Source: a bacterium
GTDB lineage: Bacteria > UBA8248 > JACPRG01 > G963555815
Length of the DNA stretch: 64,000 nt
Direction: 5' to 3'
NCBI GenBank assembly: GCA_965261595.1
Contig: CBDHDG010000003.1
Coordinates: forward strand, 192,001-256,000
Part shown: in pieces, positions 37,335-47,902 of the stretch
How the letters are laid out: every line of letters starts with the position of its first letter
How positions within the stretch are numbered: the first letter of the stretch is position 1
The notes under the pieces: generated by a model
Told to the model about the DNA's origin: nothing
What the model saw: only the letters and a program-made list of their open reading frames with translations
Databases searched by the model: none
Translations under genes and position numbers: made by a program

Positions 37335-38654
37335 ATGCCGTTGAGTATGATCGAGGACGAAAAACGCGTTTTGGCCTGGATCGATTCCAATCGCGGCGAC
37401 GCCATCGAGCTTCTTCAGGACCTTGTGCGGATTCCGAGCCTCACGGGCGAAGAAGGTCCCGGCCAGGAATTCATGGCGGGTTACCTGAAAGAGATGGGAC
37501 TCGAAGTCGAGCGTTGCGTCGCCGATATGGAGGCCCTCGAGGGCCATCCCGAGTTCATCCCGGTGGACCCGGAGGTGAACGTCGGGAACTATGAGGAAAG
37601 ACCCAACGTCATCGGGAGATATCGGGGAGCGGGCGGAGGGCGCTCGATCATGTTCTTCGCCCACATGGACACGGTTCCGCCGGGAGACGGCTGGACCCGG
37701 GACCCCTACGGCGCGGAGATCGTGGACGGCCGGATGTACGGCCTCGGAACGGCCGACATGAAGGCCGGGATGGCCGCGTCTTTTTACGCGCTGAAGGCGT
37801 GCATGGGGGCCGGCGTCCGCCTCAAGGGCGACGTCCTTTGCATGAGCAACATCGAGGAGGAGATCGGCGGCAGCGGCGGTATTTTGGCCTGCGTCGCCCA
37901 GGGCTACCGGGCGGACGCGGGCATCCACACCCACCCGGGCGAGGGGAAGCCCGAGATGGTCTGGATCGCCTCCTCCGGCGTCCTGACTTTCCGGGTGAAG
38001 GTCAAGGGCCGGACGACCCACGGGTTTCAGTCCCACTTGGGCGTGAACGCATTGGAGAAGGCGTGGCGGATCGTCGAGGCCCTTCGGGAGCTCGACCGTC
38101 ACTTGGGCGTGACGAGCCGGGAGCCCCTCACCGAGAGCACCTTTTACCTCAGCGGCCGGCCGGTCCGCGCCGTCAACCTGTACCTCAGCGCGATGCGCGG
38201 GGGCGGGTGGCTATACCAGGTCCCGCCGGACTGCGAGATGGACTGGGTGTACACCTTTCCGAACAACGAATCCCTGGAAGAGAACGTGTCCCTCATCGAG
38301 GAGACCGTTCGGACCGCCGCCGCCGCGGACCCGTGGCTGAAGGAGAACCCGCCCGAGGTCCAGTGGCTTCCGATCAAGTTCAGCCCCTGCCGGTGCGATC
38401 CCGACGACCCGTTTGTCCGGGTGACACGAGAGAGCATCGAGGCCGTCACGGGGGAGAAGACGAGTCTCGGGGCGACGCCGGTGGGGAGCGACATGCGGGT
38501 GCCCGCCCTGTACGCGGAGATGCCGACGGTCAACATCGGCCCCCTGGGCGGGGGCGGCCATTCGCCTGACGAGTGGGTGGACGTCGAATCCTACGTGGAT
38601 GCCGTCAAGATGTTCGCCGTCCTCCTGATCCGGTGGTGCGGCGCGGCGTCTTGA
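37335..38654 (+). CDS. M20 family metallopeptidase/deacylase (ArgE/DapE-like)
   Basis: AHMDTVP, GLGTADMKAG, EEEIGG and HSPDEWV motifs. Confidence 0.9.
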   Translation: MPLSMIEDEKRVLAWIDSNRGDAIELLQDLVRIPSLTGEEGPGQEFMAGYLKEMGLEVERCVADMEALEGHPEFIPVDPEVNVGNYEERPNVIGRYRGAGGGRSIMFFAHMDTVPPGDGWTRDPYGAEIVDGRMYGLGTADMKAGMAASFYALKACMGAGVRLKGDVLCMSNIEEEIGGSGGILACVAQGYRADAGIHTHPGEGKPEMVWIASSGVLTFRVKVKGRTTHGFQSHLGVNALEKAWRIVEALRELDRHLGVTSREPLTESTFYLSGRPVRAVNLYLSAMRGGGWLYQVPPDCEMDWVYTFPNNESLEENVSLIEETVRTAAAADPWLKENPPEVQWLPIKFSPCRCDPDDPFVRVTRESIEAVTGEKTSLGATPVGSDMRVPALYAEMPTVNIGPLGGGGHSPDEWVDVESYVDAVKMFAVLLIRWCGAAS

Positions 38655-38707
38655 GCCGGTAACCGCCGAGGGCGCGGCCCCGGTGATTCCGAAAGCGAGA
38701 ATGGGCA

Positions 38708-39466
38708 TTGCGGCTTAAGGATCGCGTTGTCATCGTCACCGGGGCGGCCCGGGGGATCGGGAGGGTCTACGCGAAGGCCGCGGCCGCGGAGGGGGCGAAG
38801 GTTGTCGTCTCGGACGTCCTGGACGGCGAAGAAGCGGTGGAGGAAATCCGCAAGGGCGGCGGGGAGGCGATGTACGTCCGCGCCGATGTGTCCGAGGAGC
38901 GGAGCGTGAGGGCCCTCGCCCGGTCGGCCCACGGCCGATACGGCCGCGTCGACGGTTTGGTGAACAACGCCGCGCGCGTGGCGGATATCCGCCTGGGCGG
39001 TTTCGATGAGGTCTCCGTCGAGGAGTGGGACGCGGTCATGGCCGTCAACGTCAAGGGCGCGTGGTTGGCCTCGAAGGCGGTCCACCCCTATATGAGAGAC
39101 CGGGGATCGGGGAAGATCATCACCATCGCCTCGGGCGTCCCGTTCAAGGGAACCCCGATTCCCGCCCACTATACGGTCTCCAAGGGCGTGGTCATCACAT
39201 TGACGCGGGTCCTGGCGCGGTCGATGGGGAAGGACGGGATTTGCGTCAACTGCGTCGCCCCGGGTCTGACGCGAAGCGAGAGCCTGGCCGAGGCGCGCGG
39301 CGAGGATTACGAGCGGGTGGAGACGCTCCAGATCGCGACGCGGGCAATCCCGCGCGGTGAGGTCCCGGAAGACCTCATCGGCGCCGTTTTGTTCTTCCTG
39401 TCGGACGGGGCCGACTTCATCACGGGCCAGACCCTGCTGGTGGACGGCGGCTCGTTCATGAATTGA
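38708..39466 (+). CDS. Short-chain dehydrogenase/reductase (SDR)
   Basis: TGAARGIG, VNNAA, YTVSK and ITGQTLLVDGG motifs. Confidence 0.92.
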   Translation: MRLKDRVVIVTGAARGIGRVYAKAAAAEGAKVVVSDVLDGEEAVEEIRKGGGEAMYVRADVSEERSVRALARSAHGRYGRVDGLVNNAARVADIRLGGFDEVSVEEWDAVMAVNVKGAWLASKAVHPYMRDRGSGKIITIASGVPFKGTPIPAHYTVSKGVVITLTRVLARSMGKDGICVNCVAPGLTRSESLAEARGEDYERVETLQIATRAIPRGEVPEDLIGAVLFFLSDGADFITGQTLLVDGGSFMN

Positions 39467-39505
39467 CCGACCACGCCGCCGACTTTTTGCCCTTGGAAGA
39501 GAGGA

Positions 39506-40453
39506 GTGTCAATGAAGACCCATGAGTTGTTCGCCAACCCGGACACGGTTCACTGGGGGACTTTCGACCATCGCCTGGAGCCCGTCCTGACCCTCGCCTC
39601 GGGCGACCGGGTGATTGTCCACACCTTGTCGGGCCATCCCGACCTGCTGCCGGAAGACGAGAGCCGGATCCCCGAGGAGCTGAGGGCCATCCACGCGAAG
39701 GTCCCCAAGGGGCCGGGGCCGCACATCCTGTTGGGCCCGGTGGCCGTGGAAGGGGCGGCGCCGGGGGACGTCCTGGAAATCGTCATCGAGGAGATTTGGC
39801 CGAGGTTCGACTGGGCGTATAACCGCTTAGGACCCCTGTTGGGCGCGCTGCCCGATGATTTCACGGAAGTGAACGCCCGGATCATCGACCTGGACCTGAA
39901 CGCCGGCACGGCGGAGGTGGTGAAGGGGTGGAAGGTGCCCCTGCGCCCGTTCTTCGGCATCCTCGGCGTATGCCCGCCGGAGGGGATGGGCGCCATCCCG
40001 AGCAATCCGCCCTACCTCCACGGCGGCAATCTGGACAACAAGGAACTCGTGGCCGGCTCGACGATTTACCTTCCGGTTTGGAAGAAAGGCGCGGGTCTGT
40101 CCGTCGGCGACGGACACGGCGCGCAAGGCGACGGGGAGGTGGACGTAACGGCGGTCGAGACCTCGATGCGGGCGGTCCTCCGGCTCACGGCCCGCAAGGA
40201 CGTGAAACTCAGGAAATGGCCGCGAGCGGAGACGCCGACCCACTACATCACCATGGGGTTCGATCAGGACCTGGACGACGCGGTGAAGGAGGCCCTCCGG
40301 GAGATGATCGAGTTTCTGGGCGACCGCTTCGGTCTCGGCCGGGAGGACGCCTACGCCTTTTGCAGCACGGCGGTTGACCTGAGAGTCACGCAGGTGGTGA
40401 ACGGCTACAAGGGCGCTCACGCCATGCTGGCCAAAGACCTGACGCCTTCGTAG
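39506..40453 (+). CDS. Acetamidase/formamidase family protein
   Basis: GPHILLGPVAVEGA, PFFG, GGNLDNKEL, GDGHGAQGDGEV and TAVE motifs. Confidence 0.92.
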   Translation: MSMKTHELFANPDTVHWGTFDHRLEPVLTLASGDRVIVHTLSGHPDLLPEDESRIPEELRAIHAKVPKGPGPHILLGPVAVEGAAPGDVLEIVIEEIWPRFDWAYNRLGPLLGALPDDFTEVNARIIDLDLNAGTAEVVKGWKVPLRPFFGILGVCPPEGMGAIPSNPPYLHGGNLDNKELVAGSTIYLPVWKKGAGLSVGDGHGAQGDGEVDVTAVETSMRAVLRLTARKDVKLRKWPRAETPTHYITMGFDQDLDDAVKEALREMIEFLGDRFGLGREDAYAFCSTAVDLRVTQVVNGYKGAHAMLAKDLTPS

Positions 40454-40471
40454 GGACAGGGGTTTTCGCGC

Positions 40472-41356
40472 ATGCGGGCCGATCTGGAGATCCTGGAGGG
40501 GGCGTGCGACATCCACGTCCACACGAACCCCGACGTCTTCCCCCGGATGGTGGACGACGTGGAGGCCGCGCGCGGGGCGAAGGAATACGGGTTTCGCGCG
40601 ATCATCACAAAATCGCACCAGCTCGAAACGGCCTCCCGGGCGCATTTCGCCCGGCGGATCGTCGGCGGGATCGACATCTTCGGGAGCACCACGCTGGACT
40701 ACACCCACGGGGGGCTGAACCCGTTCAGTGTGGACGCCGTGATCAAGGTGGGCGGGAAGAAGGTCTTCATGCCCACGACCGACGCCGCCTACCACAAGGA
40801 GTTGTTCGGCGCCATCGGGGGCGTGGGGAGCTATGAGGCCGGCGGCGGAATCGGGGCGCTCTATGCCGAGCAGCCGCCCCTGCGGATCATCGACGGAAAG
40901 GGAAAGCTCCTGTCCGCCGTCCGCGACATCCTGAAGCTTGCGGCCGAAGCGGGGATCATCGTCAGCGCCGGCCACACCTCCTTGGAGGAGATCCGGGCGC
41001 TTCTGGCCGGGTGCAAGGACATGGGGCTTCGGAAGGTTGTCGTCGATCACCCGTTCTTCACGAAGATCCCCGTCGAGGCCCAGGAAGAGATCGCCCGCGC
41101 GGGCGCCTACATCAACTACGCCTACTGGGACATCTGCCCGAAGTTCTACTGCGTCTCCCTGCCCGAGCTCGCCGCCGCCATCCGCCGCGTCGGCCCGGCC
41201 CGGGCCGTCCTCTCCAGCGACGCCGGCCAGCTCTTCAACGCCCCCCCGGCCGAGTGCCTCCGGACGTACGTTCAGATGCTCCTGGAGGAGGGGTTTTCGT
41301 CCCAGGAAATCCGGCGGATGGTTTGTGATAATCCGGCGTTTTTGGTTTATGAGTAG
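40472..41356 (+). CDS. DUF6282-like metal-dependent hydrolase (amidohydrolase/PHP-like)
   Basis: DIHVHTNPD, KSH, VFMPT, SAGH, VDHP and LSSDAGQ motifs. Confidence 0.72.
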   Translation: MRADLEILEGACDIHVHTNPDVFPRMVDDVEAARGAKEYGFRAIITKSHQLETASRAHFARRIVGGIDIFGSTTLDYTHGGLNPFSVDAVIKVGGKKVFMPTTDAAYHKELFGAIGGVGSYEAGGGIGALYAEQPPLRIIDGKGKLLSAVRDILKLAAEAGIIVSAGHTSLEEIRALLAGCKDMGLRKVVVDHPFFTKIPVEAQEEIARAGAYINYAYWDICPKFYCVSLPELAAAIRRVGPARAVLSSDAGQLFNAPPAECLRTYVQMLLEEGFSSQEIRRMVCDNPAFLVYE

Positions 41357-41680
41357 GCAATGACGTTAAGTATTTCTCCATCCTTCTTTCCCCACATATT
41401 TAACGAATATTTTGACCTCACAAGATGAATGAATGTGTGATTCGTCCGGCGGGATGTGCATCACCCAGGGAGGTTCTGAGCGAGCGGAAACCATTTTAAT
41501 CCACAAGGTGCGCATACGCTTGAACAGGCAAGGGAGGTTTATCCGAGGGGCCTGTGGATATCCTTCCGGCCGGCGGTTTTTTTGTGCGCCCGACTCGGTT
41601 AGGATTGTGGAAGGGGCGATTCACTGTGATCTCACACTCCGGTTCGCGCCGCATCCGAGGATGTGGCGGGAGGGCGCGTC

Positions 41681-43075
41681 ATGGACGGAATTCTCATCAA
41701 GAACGCCGAGTGGGTCGTCACGATGGACCCGGAAAGGCGGCTCATCCGGGACGGGGCGGTGGCCATTCGGGACGACCGGATCGTGAAGGTCGGCAAATCC
41801 GAAGACATCGAGCGGCGGTTCAAGGCGGAGAAGGTCATCGACGGCGCCGGCAAGCTCGTCCTGCCCGGATTGATTGACACGCACGTTCACAACGTCCAGC
41901 AGCTCGGCCGCGGTCTGGCGGACGGATGCGATATGCCCGTCCACCTCCTGGAGCGATTGTACGGTTATGAGAAGGAGTTGATGGAGGAGGACGCGTACTG
42001 GGCCGGTCTCGCCTGTCAGCTCGAGATGATCCGGGCGGGGACGACCTGCTTCATCGATCCCGGGAGCTATTTTCCCGACCAGACCGCCGCCTCGCTCGGC
42101 GAGAGCGGCATGCGGGGGATCGTCGCGCGGACGGCCTTCGACCTGTTCGAGACGCCCATCGGCCCCCTTCCCGCCGGGATGTTCCGGGAGGACACGGACG
42201 AGACGCTTCAAAAGGCCCAGGACGTGGTGAGCCGGCTGAACGGCGCCCACGGGGGCCGGCTCAAGGCTTGGTACGCCCTGCGCATCCTCTCCGGGTGCTC
42301 GGATGACCTGATCCGGGAGATCAAAAAGTTTTCCGAGCGCGACGATGTGGGCATCGTCCTCCACGCCTCCGAATCCCGCGACGAGGTGGTCGGCTCCCGG
42401 GTGAAGTACGGCATGGCCGACATCGAGCGGATGGACGCCCTCGGCGCCCTTGGGCCGAACATGGTTTTCATCCACATGGGCTGGACGAACCCCCGGGAGG
42501 TCAAGCTGGTTGTGGATTACGATCTCAAGGTCTCGTGCACCCCGACCGCGGGGATGAAGCTGGGGATGGGCAGCATGAATTTCGGCCACTTCCCCGAGAT
42601 GCTCGAGTTCGGAACCACCGTCGCCTTGAGCTCCGACTCGGCCATGTCGAGCAATTTCCTGGATATCGTCCGGGCGATGTACCTCGCCTCGGGCGGGATC
42701 AAGGCGGCCCGTCTGGACGCGACGATCATGGGGCCCGAGACCATGCTCGAGATGGCGACCCTCAACGGCGCGAAGGCGGCCCTGTGGGAGAACGAGATCG
42801 GATCGCTCGCCCCCGGGAAGAAGGCCGACATCGCCGTTTTCGATACAAAAAAGCCCGAGTGGCGTCCCATCCTCAACCCCATCGCCAACCTGGTTTATTC
42901 GTCCCGGGGGGGTGCGGACACTGTGATCATCGACGGAAAGATCGTGATGGAAGAGGGAACCGTTCTGACGATCGACGAAGAGAAAACGCTGGTGGAGGCC
43001 CAAACGCGGGGGGAAAAGCTGGCGGAGAAATCCGGGCTCTGGGACCTGGCGAAACCCAAGTGGCCCGTTCTTTGA
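41681..43075 (+). CDS. Amidohydrolase family deaminase (MtaD/AtzA-like)
   Basis: PGLIDTHVH, LHASE, FIHMG, ALSSD, MATLNGAKA and GSLAPGKKADI motifs. Confidence 0.88.
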   Translation: MDGILIKNAEWVVTMDPERRLIRDGAVAIRDDRIVKVGKSEDIERRFKAEKVIDGAGKLVLPGLIDTHVHNVQQLGRGLADGCDMPVHLLERLYGYEKELMEEDAYWAGLACQLEMIRAGTTCFIDPGSYFPDQTAASLGESGMRGIVARTAFDLFETPIGPLPAGMFREDTDETLQKAQDVVSRLNGAHGGRLKAWYALRILSGCSDDLIREIKKFSERDDVGIVLHASESRDEVVGSRVKYGMADIERMDALGALGPNMVFIHMGWTNPREVKLVVDYDLKVSCTPTAGMKLGMGSMNFGHFPEMLEFGTTVALSSDSAMSSNFLDIVRAMYLASGGIKAARLDATIMGPETMLEMATLNGAKAALWENEIGSLAPGKKADIAVFDTKKPEWRPILNPIANLVYSSRGGADTVIIDGKIVMEEGTVLTIDEEKTLVEAQTRGEKLAEKSGLWDLAKPKWPVL

Positions 43076-43132
43076 GGGCGGCCGTTCGCCGCCGTTCGGA
43101 TCGACCCAACGGGTAAGGAGAGGTATTTCGGC

Positions 43133-44020
43133 ATGATCATCGATTGTCACGTTCACGCGGGGAAGATTGGAGAGCATTATCCCGAGTGGTGGGTGAAGGA
43201 GCTCTACCGGGTCTGGGGCGGCGTGGACCAGTGGACCGGCGGAAAGAAGGACCTGAGCGTGGGCGAGCGGCTGGTCGCCCAGATGGACGCGCACGGGATC
43301 GACAAGATGTGCATCATGACCTCCGACCACCGGCGGGTCTACGGCCGGGTGAAAGGTCCCTACACACCGAACGAATTCCTTCTGGAAGTCCGCAAGGCTG
43401 CGCCCGAGCGGTTCGCCCTGACGTGCTGCGTGGACCCGCTGCGGGACGTGTACGAGGCGACGCTCGAAGTCGAGCGGTGCATCCGGGATGAGGGCTACGA
43501 CGCCTGCAAGATTTACCCCTCCTACGACCACTTCGACCCGCGGGACGAGCGCCTGTTCCCCCTGTACGAGAAATTCATCGAACTCGACATCGCCGTGCAG
43601 ATCCACATGGGCTGGACGCCCTGCATGAACGCCCCCATGAAGTATCAGCACCCCCACCTCCTCGATGACGTGGCCCTGCGGTATCCCGAGATGAAGATGG
43701 TTGTGTGTCACCTGGGGTGGCCGTGGGTGGATGAGTGCATGGCGCTGATCGCCAAGTACGACAACATCCACGCCGACCTGGCCTACTGGGGCTGGTTCAC
43801 GCCCGAGGAGAACCTGAAGGTGATTGAGCGGTTCGGCCGGCTCTGCGGGTTCGATAAGCTCCTCTTCGGCTCCGAGAACTCCCACACCCACATGGCGGTG
43901 GAGCTCATGCTCGGGCTGAACGATGAAGCGGCGCGCTTGGGGATTGGGCCGATCTCTCCGGACGACCTGGACAAGGTCATGTGGAAGAACACGGCCCGCC
44001 TTTGGAAGATCGATGTCTGA
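43133..44020 (+). CDS. Amidohydrolase_2 family protein
   Basis: IIDCHVH, KIYPSY, IHMG, VCHLGWPW and LLFGSE motifs. Confidence 0.88.
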   Translation: MIIDCHVHAGKIGEHYPEWWVKELYRVWGGVDQWTGGKKDLSVGERLVAQMDAHGIDKMCIMTSDHRRVYGRVKGPYTPNEFLLEVRKAAPERFALTCCVDPLRDVYEATLEVERCIRDEGYDACKIYPSYDHFDPRDERLFPLYEKFIELDIAVQIHMGWTPCMNAPMKYQHPHLLDDVALRYPEMKMVVCHLGWPWVDECMALIAKYDNIHADLAYWGWFTPEENLKVIERFGRLCGFDKLLFGSENSHTHMAVELMLGLNDEAARLGIGPISPDDLDKVMWKNTARLWKIDV

Positions 44021-44073
44021 CCCCATCTGTTCACACCCGAAAATGGGCGCCCCGTTGGACGCGGGGGGGGGCC

Positions 44074-44964
44074 ATGCGGAAAAAGGAAGGAATGACCCGA
44101 GAGGCGCGGATAACGGGTCGGGACCCTTCAAGGTTGGTTCTCGTTTCCGATTTGGATGCCACCCTCCTTCACGAGGAGACCTACGATCCCGGCGAGGTCC
44201 GCCCCCTGTTGCGGTTTCTCGGGAAGCGGGGTGTTCCGCTGGTTCTGGCGTCGAGCAAGACCCGCAAGGAAATGGAAGCGGTCCAGGCGGAATTGGATGT
44301 TCACGGACCGTTCATCTGTGAGAACGGCGGCGCTGTCGTCATTCCGCCCGGGTTCTTCCCGGGGCCGGTTCCGGGCGCGGCCGTGATCGACGGCAAAGAA
44401 GTCCTCGTGCTGGGACGGCCGGTCCGTGTTCTCCAAGAGGCCGTGGGGAGAATGGCGGCGGAGGCCGCTCTGACGGTCCGGACGATCCTTGAGATGGACG
44501 TCGATGAGGTGGCCGCGCTGACCGGTCTTTCGAAGGAGAAGGCCGCGCTTGCCCGTGACCGGGAGTACATCCTGCCGTTTCAGCATGAAGGCCCGGACGC
44601 CGCCATGGAGGCGTTCCGGCGGAAGGCCGAGGGGGAGGGTCTCCGGGTGGTTCGAGGAGGGCGATTTCATCACCTCATGGGGGACGTGGACAAGGGGAAG
44701 GCCTTCTGGCGTCTCCGGGCGATTTTTGAATCCGACGGTGATCCGCGGTATGTCGTAGCGCTGGGAGACGCCGAGAACGACCTGGGTTTGTTGCGGGGAG
44801 CGAACCAGGCGGTTGTCATTCCCCGGCAACCGGGTTGGGATTGGAAACTGATGGAGGCGCCCGGCGTCCGCCCGGCGGCCAGGAGGGCCCCGGGCGGATG
44901 GGCCGATGAGGTGTGGGCCGTCCTGAATGAATTCGGCATAGGCGTTATGGATTCACCGGAATGA
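44074..44964 (+). CDS. gpgP: Mannosyl/glucosyl-3-phosphoglycerate phosphatase (HAD IIB)
   Basis: SDLDATLL, ASSKT, PFICENGG, REY, GGRFHHL, DKGKA and ALGDAEND motifs; adjacent to gpgS. Confidence 0.82.
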   Translation: MRKKEGMTREARITGRDPSRLVLVSDLDATLLHEETYDPGEVRPLLRFLGKRGVPLVLASSKTRKEMEAVQAELDVHGPFICENGGAVVIPPGFFPGPVPGAAVIDGKEVLVLGRPVRVLQEAVGRMAAEAALTVRTILEMDVDEVAALTGLSKEKAALARDREYILPFQHEGPDAAMEAFRRKAEGEGLRVVRGGRFHHLMGDVDKGKAFWRLRAIFESDGDPRYVVALGDAENDLGLLRGANQAVVIPRQPGWDWKLMEAPGVRPAARRAPGGWADEVWAVLNEFGIGVMDSPE

Positions 44965-45528
44965 GGTTTTGCACGGCTCTTCGGTCGAATACGTATCACC
45001 ATCCCGATTTTTACCGGCAGGTCCCTGAATTCGCTGAAATAATCGAATGATCTAAACTTCGGACGCTTTGATTGGGAATTCATGCGGGACACCGCTCACA
45101 TGATGGTCTTTCGCTCCCATCGGGATGGTCGGTGAGCGGGAAAGGGGTGCTTTTTAATCTTTTCCCGAGAGTGATTTTTAGGTAGGATTTGTGATTGAGA
45201 TGGCCCACATATAAATACCAACGGGGTAAGAAATATGAAGGTTTCCTGTAAAGACGATTGATTCTGTCGACTTGGCACGGTCCGGGGCGGGGTTGTCGAT
45301 TCGGGATTCCCGGTTTTCACTTGCTGGGCCTTGAATTCATCATCGAGTTTTCCTCCAGCGACAAATTCAGGTCCACCCGGACACTCCGGACTCAGAAGTG
45401 ATTTGGTGGAGAAGTTCGATCATCCAGTGATCCCACCCGGTGTGTAACGTGTAATACGGCAAAGGCGCGATGACAAGCGTCCATTCCGGGGGAGAAGGGA
45501 TCCCCCAATCCATGAGGAGGGTTGACTC

Positions 45529-46746
45529 ATGGCCGATTTTTATCAGAACGGACCCATCGCCACGCTGAACCGCTTGTGCTCCGATGTCCTTCCCGAGCTG
45601 GAAGAGGAGCTGGTTCATTACGCCGAGGAGTCCCCGATCTCCCTTGTCCTTCCGGCACTGGCGAGGGAAATGGACGGGGAAGCCCTTCCCCGCATCGTTC
45701 GCGAGCTTTGCGGGGCCGATTACGTGAGCGAGATTGTCGTTGCCCTTGGAAGGGCCGATGGGGAGGATTATCAGCGGGCGTTGGACTTTTTCGCCCCCTT
45801 GCCCCGCAAGAAGATTCTGTGGCTCGATGGCCCGCCGTTCCAGGGTTTGGTGGAGACCTTGGTCGAGAACGAGTTGAATCCGGGCGGGGAGGGCAAGGGC
45901 CGCGCCGCCTGGCTCGCTTATGGGTACATCCTCTCGGAAGGCCGCTCGGAGATCATCGCTCTGCATGACTGCGATATCACGACATACGACCGGGAGCTCC
46001 TGGCCCGGTTGTGCTACCCATTGGTTCATCCGGCGTTCCCCTTCGAGTTCTGCAAGGGGTTTTACAGCCGGGTGACGGATCGTCTCCACGGCCGGGTGAC
46101 GCGCCTGCTGGTGACGCCGCTTATCCGGACCCTGCAAGGCCTGCTGGGCCATTTGCCCTTCCTGGATTACATGGACAACTTCCGGTATCCGCTGGCGGGG
46201 GAATTTTCCATGAAAATTGATTTGGCCCGCATCAACCGCGTCCCTTCCGATTGGGGGCTGGAGGTGGGGACGCTGGCGGAGGTGTACCGGAACTGCTCGG
46301 TCAAACGTGTGTGCCAGGCGGAGCTTTGCGAGAATTACGACCATAAGCACCAACCCCTTTCGGCCGACGACCCCACCCAGGGACTGCTCAAGATGAGCAT
46401 CGATATTTGCAAGGCCATCTTCCGGATGCTGGCTTCGGAGGGCGTGGTCCTTTCCCAAGGTCTTCTGAATAGTCTCCGGGTGGCCTATCTCCGGATGGCG
46501 CAGGACCATATTGTGCGCTACCACGCGGACGCCGCCATCAATCAGTTGTATTTCGACCGCCACGAGGAGGGCCTTGCGGTTGAGGCCTTCGTCAGCGCCA
46601 TCGAGACCGCGGGAAGCGATTTCTACCACGACCCCCTGGGCGAAAGGCCCATGCCCAACTGGAACCGGGTCATTTCGGGGATCCCCGACTTCTTCGACCG
46701 GATTCAGGCTGCCGTCGCGGAGAGCGAAAGGCTTGTTCAGGTGTAG
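45529..46746 (+). CDS. gpgS: Glucosyl-3-phosphoglycerate synthase
   Basis: MADFYQNG, GKGRAAW, LHDCDI, CKGFYSRV, GRVTRLLV, FRYPLAGEF, DWGLEVG and YDHKHQ motifs. Confidence 0.88.
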   Translation: MADFYQNGPIATLNRLCSDVLPELEEELVHYAEESPISLVLPALAREMDGEALPRIVRELCGADYVSEIVVALGRADGEDYQRALDFFAPLPRKKILWLDGPPFQGLVETLVENELNPGGEGKGRAAWLAYGYILSEGRSEIIALHDCDITTYDRELLARLCYPLVHPAFPFEFCKGFYSRVTDRLHGRVTRLLVTPLIRTLQGLLGHLPFLDYMDNFRYPLAGEFSMKIDLARINRVPSDWGLEVGTLAEVYRNCSVKRVCQAELCENYDHKHQPLSADDPTQGLLKMSIDICKAIFRMLASEGVVLSQGLLNSLRVAYLRMAQDHIVRYHADAAINQLYFDRHEEGLAVEAFVSAIETAGSDFYHDPLGERPMPNWNRVISGIPDFFDRIQAAVAESERLVQV

Positions 46747-47515
46747 GAGGAAGACCCCCCCGTCGGAGATCCCGAAAAGGGCGGTTTTGCGCCGCCCCCT
46801 CCTTTTCCATTGAAGACCTGTCAGGGTCTTGAGCGCCCCTCCCCCCCTCCTTCCCCGGAGGAGGCCGCGGGATGCAATCTCCCCTGAATTGATTATCAAA
46901 TCTTGTCTGGCGGCCGCCTTTCGCTTCCATAAAAAAGCGTACGCAAAGTCCTGGCCCCATCCTCTGGTGCGGTTTTTGCACTTGTCACTAATGTGGTTTA
47001 CGAAGGCGAGGGTCGCACAGTCTGGCCAAACGGCGCAAAATTTACGTGAATCATGGATTACGAAAGCAAAATCACCGAGCATTTGGATGTCATCGAGCGT
47101 TGCTCGATATTAACCAACGGGCGGCGGGCTTTGCTGGCGGGCCTTCCGGACGCCCGGTATCCCTACGTTTATCCCCGGGACGTTTGGGCCGCCGTCCGAT
47201 TGCTCAGTGAGGTGGCGCTCAGCGATTTGCTCTTATCGGACCGGGCTTTCACCTTGTTGCGTGAAGTCGTGGCCTTCATCGCGTACGTCCAACGCGAGGA
47301 TGGGCACTGGGGACAGCGCTATGAGGTCTCCGGCGAGGATAAGTCCATCTATCGTCAGGAGGACAACGTGGCCTACGCCGGCTCCGCGTTGGCGACCTAT
47401 CTGCTCACCGCAAACGCACTCGGCCGGGAAGTCCCCAACTGGGAGGACCTCCCCCGCTCTAGGGTTTTGTTGGACACTCGATTGATCCATGATTCATGGA
47501 GAAAGGGGTGTCGCG

Positions 47516-47902
47516 ATGAACGAACAAAAGCAAGAGGGGGCTTTGGCGGAGGGCGCCCGCAGGGCGAACGGAGCCAAGGCCCCAGGGCATCGCAGTGAGC
47601 GGGGTCGGTTCTCCTGCCAGCGCAAGCGGGAGGCGGTCCTGCGTCTTTTGCGGGGCGAGAGCCTGGAGACGCTCTGCCGCGAGTTGGGCACGACAGCGGC
47701 TCGGCTTTCCGCCTGGCGCGAGGCGTTCCTTCGCGGGGGCGAGGCGGCGCTCAAAGCCCGCCCGGCGGATGAGCGGGACGAGGAGAACGCCCGGCTCAAG
47801 GCCAAGGTGGGCGAACTCACGATGGAGGGCGAGGTCCTGCGGGAGAAGATCGACCGCCTGGAGGCCGGCCGCCCTTTAGCCGGCAGGAGGTGGAGGCGAT
47901 GA
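47516..47902 (+). CDS. IS3-family transposase OrfA (HTH)
   Basis: KREAVLRLLRGESLETLCRELG...LSAWREAF...LKAKVGELTME. Confidence 0.88.
   Translation: MNEQKQEGALAEGARRANGAKAPGHRSERGRFSCQRKREAVLRLLRGESLETLCRELGTTAARLSAWREAFLRGGEAALKARPADERDEENARLKAKVGELTMEGEVLREKIDRLEAGRPLAGRRWRR

Noticed and set aside
41400..41600. Riboswitch or attenuator upstream of the deaminase
   Set aside because: A weak hairpin with a T run near 41565-41583 is present, but no identifiable aptamer
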